A program made the position numbers and the translations under genes. From assembly GCA_964016885.1 (NCBI GenBank), contig OZ024740.1, positions 114,514,001 through 114,578,000 on the forward strand: DNA of 64,000 nucleotides, written 5' to 3'. How positions within the stretch are numbered: the stretch's first letter is position 1; the number at the start of each line of letters is the position of its first letter. This document shows, in pieces, positions 39,952 through 52,640 of the stretch. The notes under the pieces were generated by a model. The model worked only from the letters and a program-made list of their open reading frames with translations. It was not told the DNA's origin and ran no database searches. The stretch comes from Eledone cirrhosa. Its lineage: Eukaryota.

Positions 39952-41230
39952 TAAATTCAATTCAATATATTTGGCAGAAAATAAAAGATAGATGCTTCAG
40001 ATGCCATGTAAGGAGAGGAGAGGGGCAAAACTTACATAGTCGGAAACACAGTGGTTCAACCCGGTCCAATTTCGCCTTGAATTGTTGCGTGGTTGGCGCG
40101 TTGACTACTTCTTCTGGAAGCCGATTCCAGGGTCCAGAGATGCGGATCGAGAAAACAGTTTTTCGTCTATTTAGGCGAAAGCGGCGGTGAAACAGCGTTT
40201 TGTCATGTCCACGTAGACCCCTTTCAAGTGCCGGAGTGAATAGGAGATCTTGAGGGAGATCGTAATGGCCATTGAAGAGATTGTAAGCCAAAATGAGATC
40301 GCCTCGTAGCCGTCGACGCTCGAAGGAGAAGAGGTTCAGCTTCTGCAGCCGGCTTTCGTAGGGCAGCTCATGAAGACCCTGTACCATTCGAGTCTCTAGT
40401 CGTTGATCTTTCTCCAAGTGATGAGATATGTGTTTGATGCTTGGATGCCATATTCTAGGTGCGGTCTCACGAGGGCGACATAAAGAGGCCTGAAAATTTC
40501 TGGAGTGAATTTGGCAAAGGAGCGTCGAATAAGAAAAACAGAGCTCCTTGCATTGTTTGCGGCTTGAATACAATGTTTTGATGGTTTGAAGGACGAGTCG
40601 ACCAGCAGACCAAGATCTTTAGTCTCGTCAACCTCCTTCAAAGAAGCAGTGCCACCGTTGAAGGTAAGAGCTAACTTTTAAGGTGTACCCACTTCCATAT
40701 GGCAACACTTATCGAGATTGAGGTATAAATCCCAGTCAATGAACCAACTCCAAGTGAGCTGGAGGTTGGACTTGAGATTGTCGAGCTCGCTCCTACGGGC
40801 TACCATTTTCACATCATCTGCAAATCACCAATCACGTCCGGCATGTCGTTGATGTATAGAAGGAAGAGAATTGGGCCCAACACAGAGCCCTGGCGAACGC
40901 CACTGCCTACACCCAACCCAGATGACAGACTGCCATTGATCCGAACTCTGCAACTAAGAACCTCATGAAATGATCCAATCCAATTTATAATCGAGTTATG
41001 GAGATCGTAGTTGCTGAGCTTATACAGGAGCAGGCGGTGGTTGACAAGGTCAAAGGCTTTGGCGAAGTCGAGAAAGATAATATCGGCCGCATCTCCATCG
41101 TCCACTATCCTCGTCACCCATTCTTCTATCACGAGTAGGTTTGTGAGACAGGAACATTTCGGGATGAAACCGTGTTGAGATGGAGAGATGGCAGTGAAAG
41201 ACACAAGATGGGCCATAATTGTTTGTTTAC
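39952..41230 (-). mobile_element. 5'-truncated CR1-like LINE
   Basis: QHGFIPKCSCLTNLL, DFAKAFD, QGSVLGPILFLLYIND, VRPHLEY, RRLRGDLI, WNRLP. Confidence 0.92.
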
Positions 41231-41272
41231 AAACAAACCGAACATTAAAATAATTGTTCGGTAAACCCATAC

Positions 41273-41358
<86 letters not shown>

Positions 41359-41836
41359 ATATATGCATGTATGTATGCATATACATACTACTGTACGTCT
41401 GTATACATATATGTATGTACGTATACATACTTATATTTAAGTATCAGCCGTACTAAGAGTGAGAAATGAAATTCCATTTTTTCCAATATATATATATTTA
41501 TGCGTGTGTGTGTGGCGGGGGGGTATGTGTGCGTGTGTGTGTGTGAAGAAAAGTCATGGGATAATAGTGTTTGTGTGATTGTTTGTATGCGTGTGTGTAT
41601 GTGGCTGTGTTTGACGCTATGTGTGGTTGTGTATCGCTGCAGAAAAATATAATAGAAACTAGGTAATACGGTGACTGAATCCTGATGACCCCAGTCGGTG
41701 ACAGTTTTGATTTACTGGGAAAGCTTTTGTGTCGGTTTCAGAAAAGTGATTGAATTTCATTTCTGCCTTGTATGATATGCATATGAGATGGTGGGTGGCA
41801 TGAGATATGTTGGTTCTAGGTAAGATGGATATATAT

Positions 41837-41872
<36 letters not shown>

Positions 41873-41880
41873 TAAAATTA

Positions 41881-41982
41881 GTCCTTCATCAGTGATCTCC
41901 CAGCCTTCATTGGTATTTCATCGCTTTAAAGATCATATACCTCTGGTTGGTACGAGCAACGGCTAAAGAAAGTCGTTGGGAC
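41881..41982 (-). ncRNA. Diverged homolog of the permuted K-turn hammerhead-like motif
   Basis: Minus strand GTCCC AACGACT ttcttt AGCCGTT gCTCGTA CCAACC A GA GG TATA^TGATCT ttaa AGCGAT GAAA TACC AAT GA A GGCTGG g AGATCA CTGATGA AGGAC. Confidence 0.6.
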
Positions 41983-42380
41983 ACGTAAAATAGGGTGAAA
42001 CGAGCGAGACATGTAAACAAACAAAGATGGTAATGCAATAAAGTAAAGCAACGGAGTAAAGGACCCGTGTATAAACCTGTAATTTAATAAGCTCATTCAA
42101 TTACAGGGATATACGCGAGTCCTTTACTCCGTTGCTTTACTTGATATTAGCTCCTTACGTTTCTGCTAGTCGAGCACTATAAATTGAATGGTTATAAGCT
42201 GCCATTTCTAGCGGCTTCTTGTTCTATTCATACCACAAGTCACTCCCTCACGCAGTGGTTTTTTCACATTAAAGTATCCTATTAATTATAATGTAACTCC
42301 CAAACCTCTCGCAGCTTATATGTTCTTCACGCTAGTGGTCTTATAGCTCATGTAAGTGAAAACACACTCTCCTGTGTTTT

Positions 42381-42497
<117 letters not shown>

Positions 42498-42601
42498 TAT
42501 ATATATATATATGGGGAATGGCTGTCTGTGTGTGTAGGTATGTGGTGCATGCGTGTGTGTATGCATATGTATATATGAATATATATATATACATATATAG
42601 A

Positions 42602-42874
42602 TAGGGTGTCCCAAAAATGTATACACACTTTGATTACAAGCATTATTTATTAGAATGTGAGTGTGTGTATTTATATTCGATGGGTGTGCTCGACTAAAAT
42701 GATAGCCGTTATATAGGTGAGATGCTGCTGTTTAAGACCAGTAAGACTATTGTTCAAGTACTCCAAACTTGCGTAATGTAGTATATTCTGCCCTACGATG
42801 AAAGCCTGTATATATATATGTGGATATATACATGACCATATGAAAATATATACCTGAATATAAATATACATATG

Positions 42875-42948
<74 letters not shown>

Positions 42949-43130
42949 TGTGTGTGTGTGGGGTGGGGGGGGGGGGGGGGGGAGGGGGGGGGGGGTAATT
43001 GTTTTTATGTGTGTGTTTTGTTTCCAGTAATTTTCGATGCAGTCAATTTGACGGCCGACGAACACTTCTTTTCCGTGTTCTACGAATATTTCTAACTAGA
43101 AAATCGTTTAAATTTAAGGGAGTGGAATGA
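42602..43130. mobile_element. Tc1/mariner remnant (one TIR), interrupted by microsatellites
   Basis: TAGGGTGTCCCAAAAATGTATACACACTTT resembles the TIR at 5717. Confidence 0.4.
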
Positions 43131-43202
43131 CATAACCAGCTCATATATCCAGCAAGTCTGATAAGTCTATTACATACATACATACGTACATACATACATA
43201 CT

Positions 43203-43730
43203 TACATAACAAAATTAACAACAAACGAGGAAGAATATATTGAGACAGATGGCACTAAGGAATACTGGTGGAACCTGAAAATAAAAACTGCCACCAAATT
43301 AAAGCACAACCGGCCTGATATTGTAGTTTGGGACCACACATTGAAAACGTGTTTTGTTGTGGAGATCAGCTGCCCACTTGATGTAAACGTTGTCAGAAAA
43401 ATACAGGAGAAGGACATCTACGGACCATTGATGAGGAGTTTACAAATCCAGTATCCAAGATACACCTTTAGCTTCATACCCATCATTATTGGTGCTACGG
43501 GTTATATACCAACCCGCTTGGACCAAAGTATGACTGAACTTGGATTTGCGGACAAAAAGTGCAGCTCCCTAATTCATAGTCTACAAATGGCTGCGATAGC
43601 TGGCACCTTCAAAATTTGCAAAACATTCTTTCGATTCAAGGGATGACAATTTCTTTTCTTTTACAACCTTGCCACCAGGAAGGTGGCCGGTCAAAAAAAT
43701 ATACTCGAAATTAAGAGAAAGAGAAAACAT
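43203..43730 (+). mobile_element. R4/Dong-like element 3' end (RLE nuclease) in (ATAC)n
   Basis: WWNLKI..HNRPDIVVWD..CFVVEISCP..IPIIIGATG; flanked by (ATAC)n on both sides. Confidence 0.85.
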
Positions 43731-43762
43731 ACATACATACCTACATACATACATACATACAT

Positions 43763-44356
43763 ACATGGTGGCTGCCAACTCGTTTTCGAGTAAGGCCACT
43801 ACTGTATATCCATGTAGGAGAACCCCAACCGATGCGCTGATCGAGTGTGACTTTTTAGTCCAGCCAGCGACTTGAAAACCCTGGTACAAACACTAGAATT
43901 TGTGACAATTACTTACAGATAGTGCTGGGCCCATGGTACCATGTGACGATAAGAGCTGAGAGATCTCCAGATATAAAGCAATGCCTGTGCCGTGAAGCTT
44001 TTATAGTGAGCAAAGGCACTGCACAAAGCCAGTCCCACTCTCTTAACCAAGATGATATTTACCAAAAAGAATAACAAGTCAACATAATTGGATACCATCA
44101 GGGTTGCAGGTGTTATATCAGAGTTTTCCTTATCCTAGAATTCTGCCTTGACAAAGGCTAAGTGGTCATCTCTCCCGGTGATTTTGGATGGCCATTGGCT
44201 CTTAAGAGCTCCTTTGCCCTTTGACAGGTTTTGTTGATGTTACTGATAACATGTATCCAAGTACAACCTGTCTCAAGGTCGGGTGGTTGGCGACTAATCT
44301 GGCAATCCCACCAAGGCTTCTTGGTGAGGAGGGTGACTTTGGACATCCTGCAGGAC
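43763..44356 (-). mobile_element. Non-autonomous RTE-type element with inverted 5' segment
   Basis: GCAGCCACCATGTATG tail on the minus strand; 44120-44235 is antisense and 44236-44356 sense relative to 33375-33560. Confidence 0.55.
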
Positions 44357-44604
44357 ATACATACATACATACATACATGCATACATACATGCATGCATAC
44401 ATACACGCATTCGTACATACAGGCATTTATACATGATTTGCCTTCTCCTACATACATACACACATACATACATGCATGAATGTATGCATACATACATGAT
44501 GATGATGGCTGCCCCCTCGTTATCGAGTATGGCCATTGCACGAGGAGAAATAATAAAAAATAAAAAATTAATAAATAAATTTAAAAAAAATTAAAAAAAT
44601 AAAA

Positions 44605-44669
<65 letters not shown>

Positions 44670-44714
44670 TATAAATATATACACACACACACATATACAC
44701 ACACACATATACAT

Positions 44715-47700
44715 TAATAACAATAATAATAATAATAATAATAACAACAATAATAACGACAACAACAATAATAATGATTTCTTTATTAACCACAAGGGTT
44801 TACATAAAGTAGACATTAAGGACAGTACAGGGCAATACAGGGCGGTACAAATGGGCATTTCTGCGTGTAAAAAAAACAAGAAACAGAGGATGTAATAATA
44901 GAACAATTAAAAAATTCCCCAATGGGGGGGAGACTTCCGAGGGACATTCGTGGAGAAAGCCCATTAAAAAGCCATAGTGACCCTGACCACAAGGGCAAGT
45001 GCCCTCTCCCAGTTGTCCACCTTTAATTTACAGACACATACTCAGAGTAGGCCCATTCACTCGGACCATTCTTGCCTCTCTCACCCATCTTTCAACAAAA
45101 TGCTGGGAAGAGAGTACTTCCCTTTCTACCCTGATTTTCCTTTTCAAATGAAATTTGAAAAAATTAATCAGGGCATCACCGAAGAGGTAAGTGCTCGTCT
45201 TCAGTCCTTTCAAACGTGTCCACCATACTATCTCTTTAGCCATGTCCACCAGACAGATAAAAACTGCCCGCTCGACCTTTCAGGGATATCTTCCTCTCCG
45301 CCCATTTCTGGGTGAGAGAAGCCACCCTGCTCGTCACCTCGTCTGAGTTTTTGTCCGTCTGGAGGTCTGGACCGAACCAGACACCTAGCAATTTAACTGG
45401 TCCGTCCGTCCAGCGCCCGACGACGCTGTTGGACGGCATGAACCTGCCTCTCCAGGTGCCGAGCTGCAGGATCACTGACTTTTCCTGGTTGATCATTGCT
45501 CCTGTCACCGCTTCGTATTCTCTTAGTGTAGTGCCGATCGCCTCGATGTGTTTGGCGTTCGACACCACTACGGTGACATCGTCCGCATATGCTGACACGG
45601 ATCTTCCGCATCCTAGTTCGCGCGGGACCCCCCTCAACGTCTCCAGTTTGTGCAGTAATGGCTCGAGAGTCAATACGTACACGAGGGACGAGAGGGGACA
45701 TCCTTGGCGGACCGAGCGCATGATGTTGAACGGTTCCAAAAGGTGACCGTTCACTCTCACCAAAGAGCAGATGTCGCTGTGCATGGCAGTGATCCAGCCT
45801 CAGAAGACGGGCCCAAAGCCAGCCGCCCTCAGGACTGCCGCTAGGTAACGATGGTCGATCCTATCGAAAGCTTTCGACGTATCTAAATTGATCAAGGAGC
45901 CACTCGTGCCAGGTTCCCTAGCTACCCTTTCTACGATGTATGGCATGAGGTGGAGGTTGTCGTGGATAGATCTGTCGGGAATGGCGCAAGTCTGCGCCTC
46001 TCCCACCAGGTCCACCAACGACAAGCGCCAACCTCTTTGCTAGCACCTTGGCCAAAATCTTGAACTGTGTTTAGCAGAGTTATGGACCTAAAATTATCTG
46101 TTATCCCCCTTGTTCGGATCCTTTCTCAGCAGCGCCATAGCTCCTCGGCTCACAGAGCTGGGAATTCTCCCGTTCTGTTGCCAGTTGCAGTAGACGTCGC
46201 CAAGAGGCCTCCGAACAAGTCTGGCATCAGTACGTAAAGTTCATATGGTAGACCATACAAACCAGGCGATTTACCCCTTGTGCAGCTAGTCATTGCCTCC
46301 CGTCTTCTGCGGCTGTTATCGGCTTTTCGCCACACTCCACTTCAGTGGCCGAGAGCCGCGGCTGTCCGTCGAGGTAGACACTAAACTCCATCCCACGATC
46401 CGGCTCGCCGGTGCCCCCGCACAACTGAGCGAAGTGTCGCTGAAAAGCTTTACACATTTGCCCGGGATCGAGTAGCATGCGCCCGTCGTGGTCCACCAAA
46501 GACCAGATCGTGGCTTTGTTGCCACGACGCGCCTCCGCCACTCGGGCCCATTGAACGGCTTTCGTCCCCTCGTGTCTGAGAGCACGCACCCTAGCTCTGA
46601 CAACGCAGCCTTCGTGCTTTGCATTGAAGAATTGGTCAAGGGCCAATTTCGCCGCAAGCACGTCGGTCGTGATGCCTTTGCTAAGCGCCTCGTCTAATTT
46701 TCTGACTAATTCTCCTTCTGCTCTATTTTTCTCTATTGCTAAAGCCTTACTAAAACTAATGGACTCCATTCTAATTGCTATTTTCAGAGCAAACCACCAC
46801 TTGTTGTTGACAATGTCCCCCGTCAACGCCCGCTTAACTAGTTCGCTAATCCGGTCTCTGTAGGCCTTGCGCGCTGGTAAAGACGCGTTTAGCTTCCAGT
46901 AGCCGGGTCCTCGTCTATGAAGCCTATCTAAGTCAAGCACACAGATCACGAATTTGTGGTCCGTGTAGCTGACTATCTTGAATTGTAGACAGCCTATGCT
47001 AGACCTATCTATTTCTCTACAAACTACTCTATCTAGATATGCGATTTGTCCAAGTCCACATTGGCACATTCGCGAAATCCAATCGCTACCTGTGAGACAG
47101 TTCAAAACGCCTGAGCAGTTTGGTGAGGCTCTTGCACCCTCCTCCCCTATCCGCTAATCCCACACAGTCCCAGCGTGCATCTAAGATCACGTTCCAGTCA
47201 TCCACTAACACTAAAGAGCGGGACGTTCCGAGAAAGCTCTCCAGACGCCGGAAGAAATCAGGCCGCCATGCTCCTGTCGGGTCATAGCCGGCCACTAGCC
47301 TGAAAGCTTGCCAGTCTCCGCTGGTCACGTCTAGAACCACCAACTTATCTTCTGGGTCCAGGAAGATGGACCGTATGGCGAAATCCAAAATCTCCGAAAA
47401 AGCACAGCAACTCCTCCCCCCGATCCCGGACGGCTGGGAGATGCGTACACATCGTAGCCGCCGAAGATCGGTGCGGAGGCCCGTACATCGGAGATTCTGA
47501 TCTCGCTGATGGCTACTACATCTTTGTTTAGTGACCTGAGGTCGTTGAGCAGGTGGCCCTGCTTCCATGACGACCCCAAGCCACGCTCATTTATGCTGCC
47601 TATTCTGAGTGAGGTCATGTTGAAATGGAGTGGAAAAGATGGGAAAGACCACTTACCTTACTTCTCGTAGAGGAAGGATGGTTTGTCCATCCTTTTCACT

Positions 47701-48115
47701 GCTTGTGGCCTCCTCCGGAAGGATGTCCTTATAAATCCTCCTGGAGAGTGTTTGTCGGAAGTCTCCGATGTCTTTGGTGAATTTTTGTTTTAGTTTCGTG
47801 TACGTTTTCTGTGTGATGCGAGTGATTTGTATGTGTGGAAGTGGTGTGAACTTTTGGGCTGCTGTGTAGTCTTTTTCTGTGATGCTGGTGTTGTGTTGCA
47901 TGTAGTGTAATCATTGGTTGTTGTTCAAATTTAATGCTGTGTAGTGTGTATCGTTTTGGTTGTTTTGTTTTGTTTGCGTTTGTTGTGGGTTTGTTTCTGT
48001 TACGCTTTTTGGTGACATTTGTGGTGTTGGTGATGGTGGTGTTGGGGTTAATGATGGTGATGGTGTTGGTGTTTGTGGTGATGGGGTTGGTGATGCTGGT
48101 GTGGATGGTGGCATA
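44715..48115 (-). mobile_element. L1/Tx1-clade LINE: ORF1 end plus decayed ORF2 (APE plus RT)
   Basis: ORF2 starts at 47618 MTSLRIGSINERGL; TDHK, GYWKLN, GKSPGLYGLPYE, SKAFDRIDH, RQGCPLS, YADD; (TTA)n tail. Confidence 0.9.
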
Positions 48116-48119
48116 TCTG

Positions 48120-50190
48120 TCTTAACTTTCTTCAAGGAATCCTTATACCTCTTTTTTGGTTTATGTGGCGGTCGTTTTCCTTTAACCAACTCTCCATAAA
48201 AGAGTTGTTTTGGTATTCTAGAATCCTTTATCCTGGCAAGGTGACCACTCCAACGGAGTCGTTGCTTAAGCGCAAGAGCTTCTATACTGTCACACATAGA
48301 GCTTTCCAAAATCTCGACATCACTTATGTGGTCCCTCCAGTGAACGCCATGGATCCGTCTGAGACACATCTGATGGAAACGCTCCAATTGCTTAAGGTGG
48401 TGTCGATATGTCACCCAGGTCTCGCAGGCATCAAGAAGACAAGAGAGCACACATGCCCTGTACACCTTTACCTTTGTCCTCCTGCATATGCCTCGCCGAC
48501 CCCCAGAGTCGCCTTTCTAGCTTTCCGAAAGCATCACTTGCTTTCCTAATCCTAAGTGAGATTTCACTGTCAAGGTTGCTGTATCGATCGACAGTGCTTC
48601 CCAGGTAGACAAACTGATCAACCACTCCAAGTTGTTTACCATACACATAGATATTTGGTTCAGTGTACTGCTTACCAGGGACAGGTTGGTACATGACGAT
48701 GGTTTTCTTGATACTGACAGTCAATCCTAGGACAGTGCAAGCGTCAGAGTATGCATTCAAAATATGCTGCATATAACTCTCTGTATGCGCTACAAGATCG
48801 CAATCATCTGCGTACAAGAGGTCTGTTATTATTGATGTAAATACTTTTGTCTATGCAGCAAAGCGCCTGATGTTAAATATGCTGCCTGAGGTTCGATATC
48901 GGATGTTAACACCATGCTCGCAATTCCTGAATGCAATACAGAAAACCATTGCAAAGTATATGGCAAACAGGGTCGGTGCTGGAATATCCCCCTGTTTCAA
49001 TCCATTTTTTACTGAGATAGGCTCCGACATGTTACCTCCGACATTAACCCAAGCCTTCACGACGTTATGGAAAGACCTAACTAAAGCAAGGAACTTATCA
49101 GGGCAACCAAGTTTCTGGAGAACCTTCCATAATGCATCTCTGTTAACAGTATCGAAAGCTTTTGTCAGATTAACAAAAACCTGATACAGATCCAAGCCTT
49201 GTTCCATGCACGTCTAGCTGAGAAGATCACATCAGTAGTGCCGCGTCCAGCACGAAAACCAGATTGACTTTCAGGAAGAACACAATCTGCAATGTTTGTC
49301 AGCAGACGGTCGAGAAGCACCCTATATAAAACTTTCCCTACGACAGAAAGCAATATCTTCCTTTGTCCAGCGGATTTCTCATGGACATAAGACGCTCACT
49401 AATCCCTTCCGGGAATTCTTCTAATTTATTCACCAGTACAGTCTTAACAGCAAATCCTACCCCAGCTTCTCTTCTGGTTCCTTCATCTCTTCCTTTCCAG
49501 AAGAATGTATATTCTCCACAAAATTCTGTAAGATGACCATCTCCAGCTAACCTCGTCTCAGATAAAGCCACGATGTCAAGATCGTAACGTCGAAGCTCCT
49601 TTGCAACAAGAGCGGTCCTTCGTTCAGGACGCTCCAAGGAATCCCTGTCAAGCAGCGTCCGTACGTTCCAGCAGCCAAGACTAAATGCCTTGTTTAGCTC
49701 TATTACAATGGCACGATGACGAGCGGGCCCAGGCTGTGATAAACTGGGGCCCCTGCCCTTATTGCCAATTATCTTTTTTGTTCCAGAACCTAAATTGCCA
49801 ATTATCTCTTTTATATTGTTCTGGAACATCATTGAATTGGAAAAAAAAAAAAAGTAATAATAATAATAGTAACAATAATAATAATAGTGCACTATTAATA
49901 ATTATTAATGCACTCGCGCAATGTCTGTGCGTGACGAATATTTTTAAAGTGAGGAAAGACTGTGCACTGAGCCAATCCCACTCTCTGAGCGACAGTAGCG
50001 ATAACCCGAAAAGAAGAAAAGATCAACATCATCGGTAACTACTGAGCCGCAGGTTTTATGTCGGAGTTAACCCAGTTTCCTGAGCTGCCTTCTCCTAGAA
50101 GAATGCCCTGACAAGGGCTAGGGGTTCTTCACTCCCAGTGGTTTAACTGCGCGATCGGGTATCCAGCCCGATTATTTCTGTCCCCGCGCG
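48120..50190 (-). mobile_element. RTE-BovB-like LINE with 5' UTR, internal deletion and missing 3' end
   Basis: WNVRTLLD..ERRTALVAKEL..ALSETR (APE); ESQSGFRAGRGTTD, TKAFDTV, YADD, YLGS, RLRWSGH, QLFYGEL. Confidence 0.9.
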
Positions 50191-50311
50191 CAAAAAAAAA
50201 AAAAAACTCACTTATTGACACTTATACATACGACATACACACACACGCATACATACGCGCGCACACAGCAACACTCATACATACAAACAAACACACACAC
50301 GCTACTCACTT

Positions 50312-50343
<32 letters not shown>

Positions 50344-50796
50344 TACCGTCATTACTGATACAAGATTACAAGATTATGTCAACTGTTGACTTTCAAGAGT
50401 TTGTATAGTTGAAGCCGTTCGTATTACAGTCCAGTATTATTATAATTGCTTTACAGCATAGAGTTATGGCTCTCCACGCTCTGAGCTTAAATCCCGCTGA
50501 GGTCAACCTTGCCTTTCATCCCCACAGAGTCAAAAAAAGAGAGTACCAGTGATGCGCTGGACCAGTCGCTGGATCCGTGCCAAAAGCAGAAAAATTATTA
50601 TTAAAGTTTTTTTCTTAAGGCCCGGTCGCTGGTGATGGTGATGGCGGTGGTGGTGGCGGTGGTGGTGGTGGTGGCAGTTGATATTGTGGTTGTGTTGTGT
50701 GTGTGTGTGTGTTTTGTTATTTTGAGTTGTTTTGTTTGTTTGTGGGGTTTTTTTTATAACATACATACATATATACATACATACATACATATATAC

Positions 50797-51340
50797 ATGA
50801 TGGCTGCAACTCAATTTCGCGTAATGCCACCACTTGATATTTAAGCATGACATTCATAGACGTGGCTTTATAATCCTACTAGGGATTTGCCTATAGCCAG
50901 AAATACCATGCATCGCAGAAAATTGTGACATTTCAAGAGATGCCTGGTCTTGAAGCTTTTTTAAATGAGTGAAATGCTTTGCATGGAGCCAACCCCACTC
51001 TCTGAACACTGAATGTATTTGCCCCGAAAGAGGAACTGGTCTACATCATTGGATGCAAACTAAGTCGCAGGTTTTAGATCAGAGTGACCTTCTTGAAGAG
51101 ATATGTCTTAATGAAGACAAGGTGTCCCTCGCTCCACACAAAAAAACAATGCTTTATTAAATGGCCGTTGACGCTATTGATTTCCTCCACCCTTTAACGG
51201 GTTTTGTTTTTCATGCCACAGGGTGTCCAAAATGACCCTTCTCACCAAGCAGGCCTGGTAGGGTTGGCGGTTTAGTCATCGACGACCCGACTATGCACAG
51301 GTTGTACTTGGTTGCATGTTACCAGTAGCACTGAAGAGCG
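50797..51340 (-). mobile_element. Non-autonomous RTE-type element (5' UTR plus 3' end with (TATG)n tail)
   Basis: 51165-51340 is the reverse complement of 33375-33560; GCAGCCATCATG tail at 50797. Confidence 0.55.
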
Positions 51341-51513
51341 AACATACACATATATATATATATATATACATAAGTACATACATTCATGCATACATGCATA
51401 CATGCATACATGCATACATACATACATACATACATACATACATACATACATACATACATACATGCATAGTTACATACATACATGCATGCATGCATACATA
51501 CATACATACTTAC

Positions 51514-51544
<31 letters not shown>

Positions 51545-51594
51545 CATACATACATACATACATACGTGCATACATACATACTTACATACTTTAC

Positions 51595-52640
51595 TTGAAA
51601 CGTAAGTAGGGAGGCAGAGGCCTAACATCAGTCCAGACGACATTTGAATGTCGCATCATATCTCTCCGACAACATCTACGAACCTCGAATCGTAGGAGCC
51701 CGTTTCTCGAGAAAGTCTATCTGCATGAAACAGATAAGATCATGAGAGTTGGGAAGGAACTCCTCGAGAGATATTCTCTATGTGATAATCAAAAACTCAC
51801 ACCCAGGTAGGTCGCTCAGCAGTATCGAAGTGGATCCATGGGTGAAAAACTGCATGCTTATCAGCAAAAAATCATGCATGGATATTTTGTCAGGAAGCTC
51901 CAAAATGAGAGTAATATAGATAAGGAAAGTAATCTATATTAGACCAACAAACGCTATATTGGCTCCCACTTTGAGGGATACGCTTTTGCAATCCAAGAAC
52001 AGGAGATTAACACGAAATACATGATTCACAAAGGAGATAGGGATGTAGGCAAAACACCTAGATGTAATAACAAGTGCAGACTCTGCAGAACTAACATCGA
52101 GGATATCACCCATGTCATCAGCAGCTGTCCAAAGATGTCAGCGCGGTACTATCTACATATGAGGCATGATGTAGTGGCCAAAACACTGTACAATGCAGTT
52201 CGTTAAAAGCTACTGCAATGTGGAAGACATCCATGTACATAATATGAAAGAGTACTGTTGGAATGTTCCAGTAAAACCCCAATAAAACGCAGGCATAACA
52301 GACCAGATATTATGATATGGGACATGGAGAAGATAGCATGCACAGTAGTGGAAATTAGCTGCCCAGCAGATGCTTATATAATATCAAAGATTAGCGAAAA
52401 GGAGAATATTTATGCACAACTGATGAGAAATCTGCAGATACTCCACCCTGATTACACCTTCAGATTTATGCCTGTGATTATTGGGACACTGGGGTATGTC
52501 AGTAACTGCCTCAATGCAAATCTTGAGGAGCTAGGCTTCACAGGAACAGAAAGAACACAACTAGTTCGGAAATTACAAGTACAATCCATCAATGGAACAG
52601 TAAAAATATGTAAAACATTCCAAAAATGTTGCATCTAATA
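51595..52640 (+). mobile_element. R4/Dong-like element 3' part (CCHC knuckle plus RLE)
   Basis: GGRGL, AIQEQ, CRLC..HVISSC..RHDVVA, HNRPDI..VVEISCP; preceded by (ATAC)n. Confidence 0.88.

Larger units (their letters stand above)
39608..41482 (+). mobile_element. Terminally redundant hammerhead element split by a CR1 insertion
   Basis: 39608-39705 is repeated at 41383-41482; HHR at 39816-39887; CR1 occupies 39952-41230. Confidence 0.7.
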
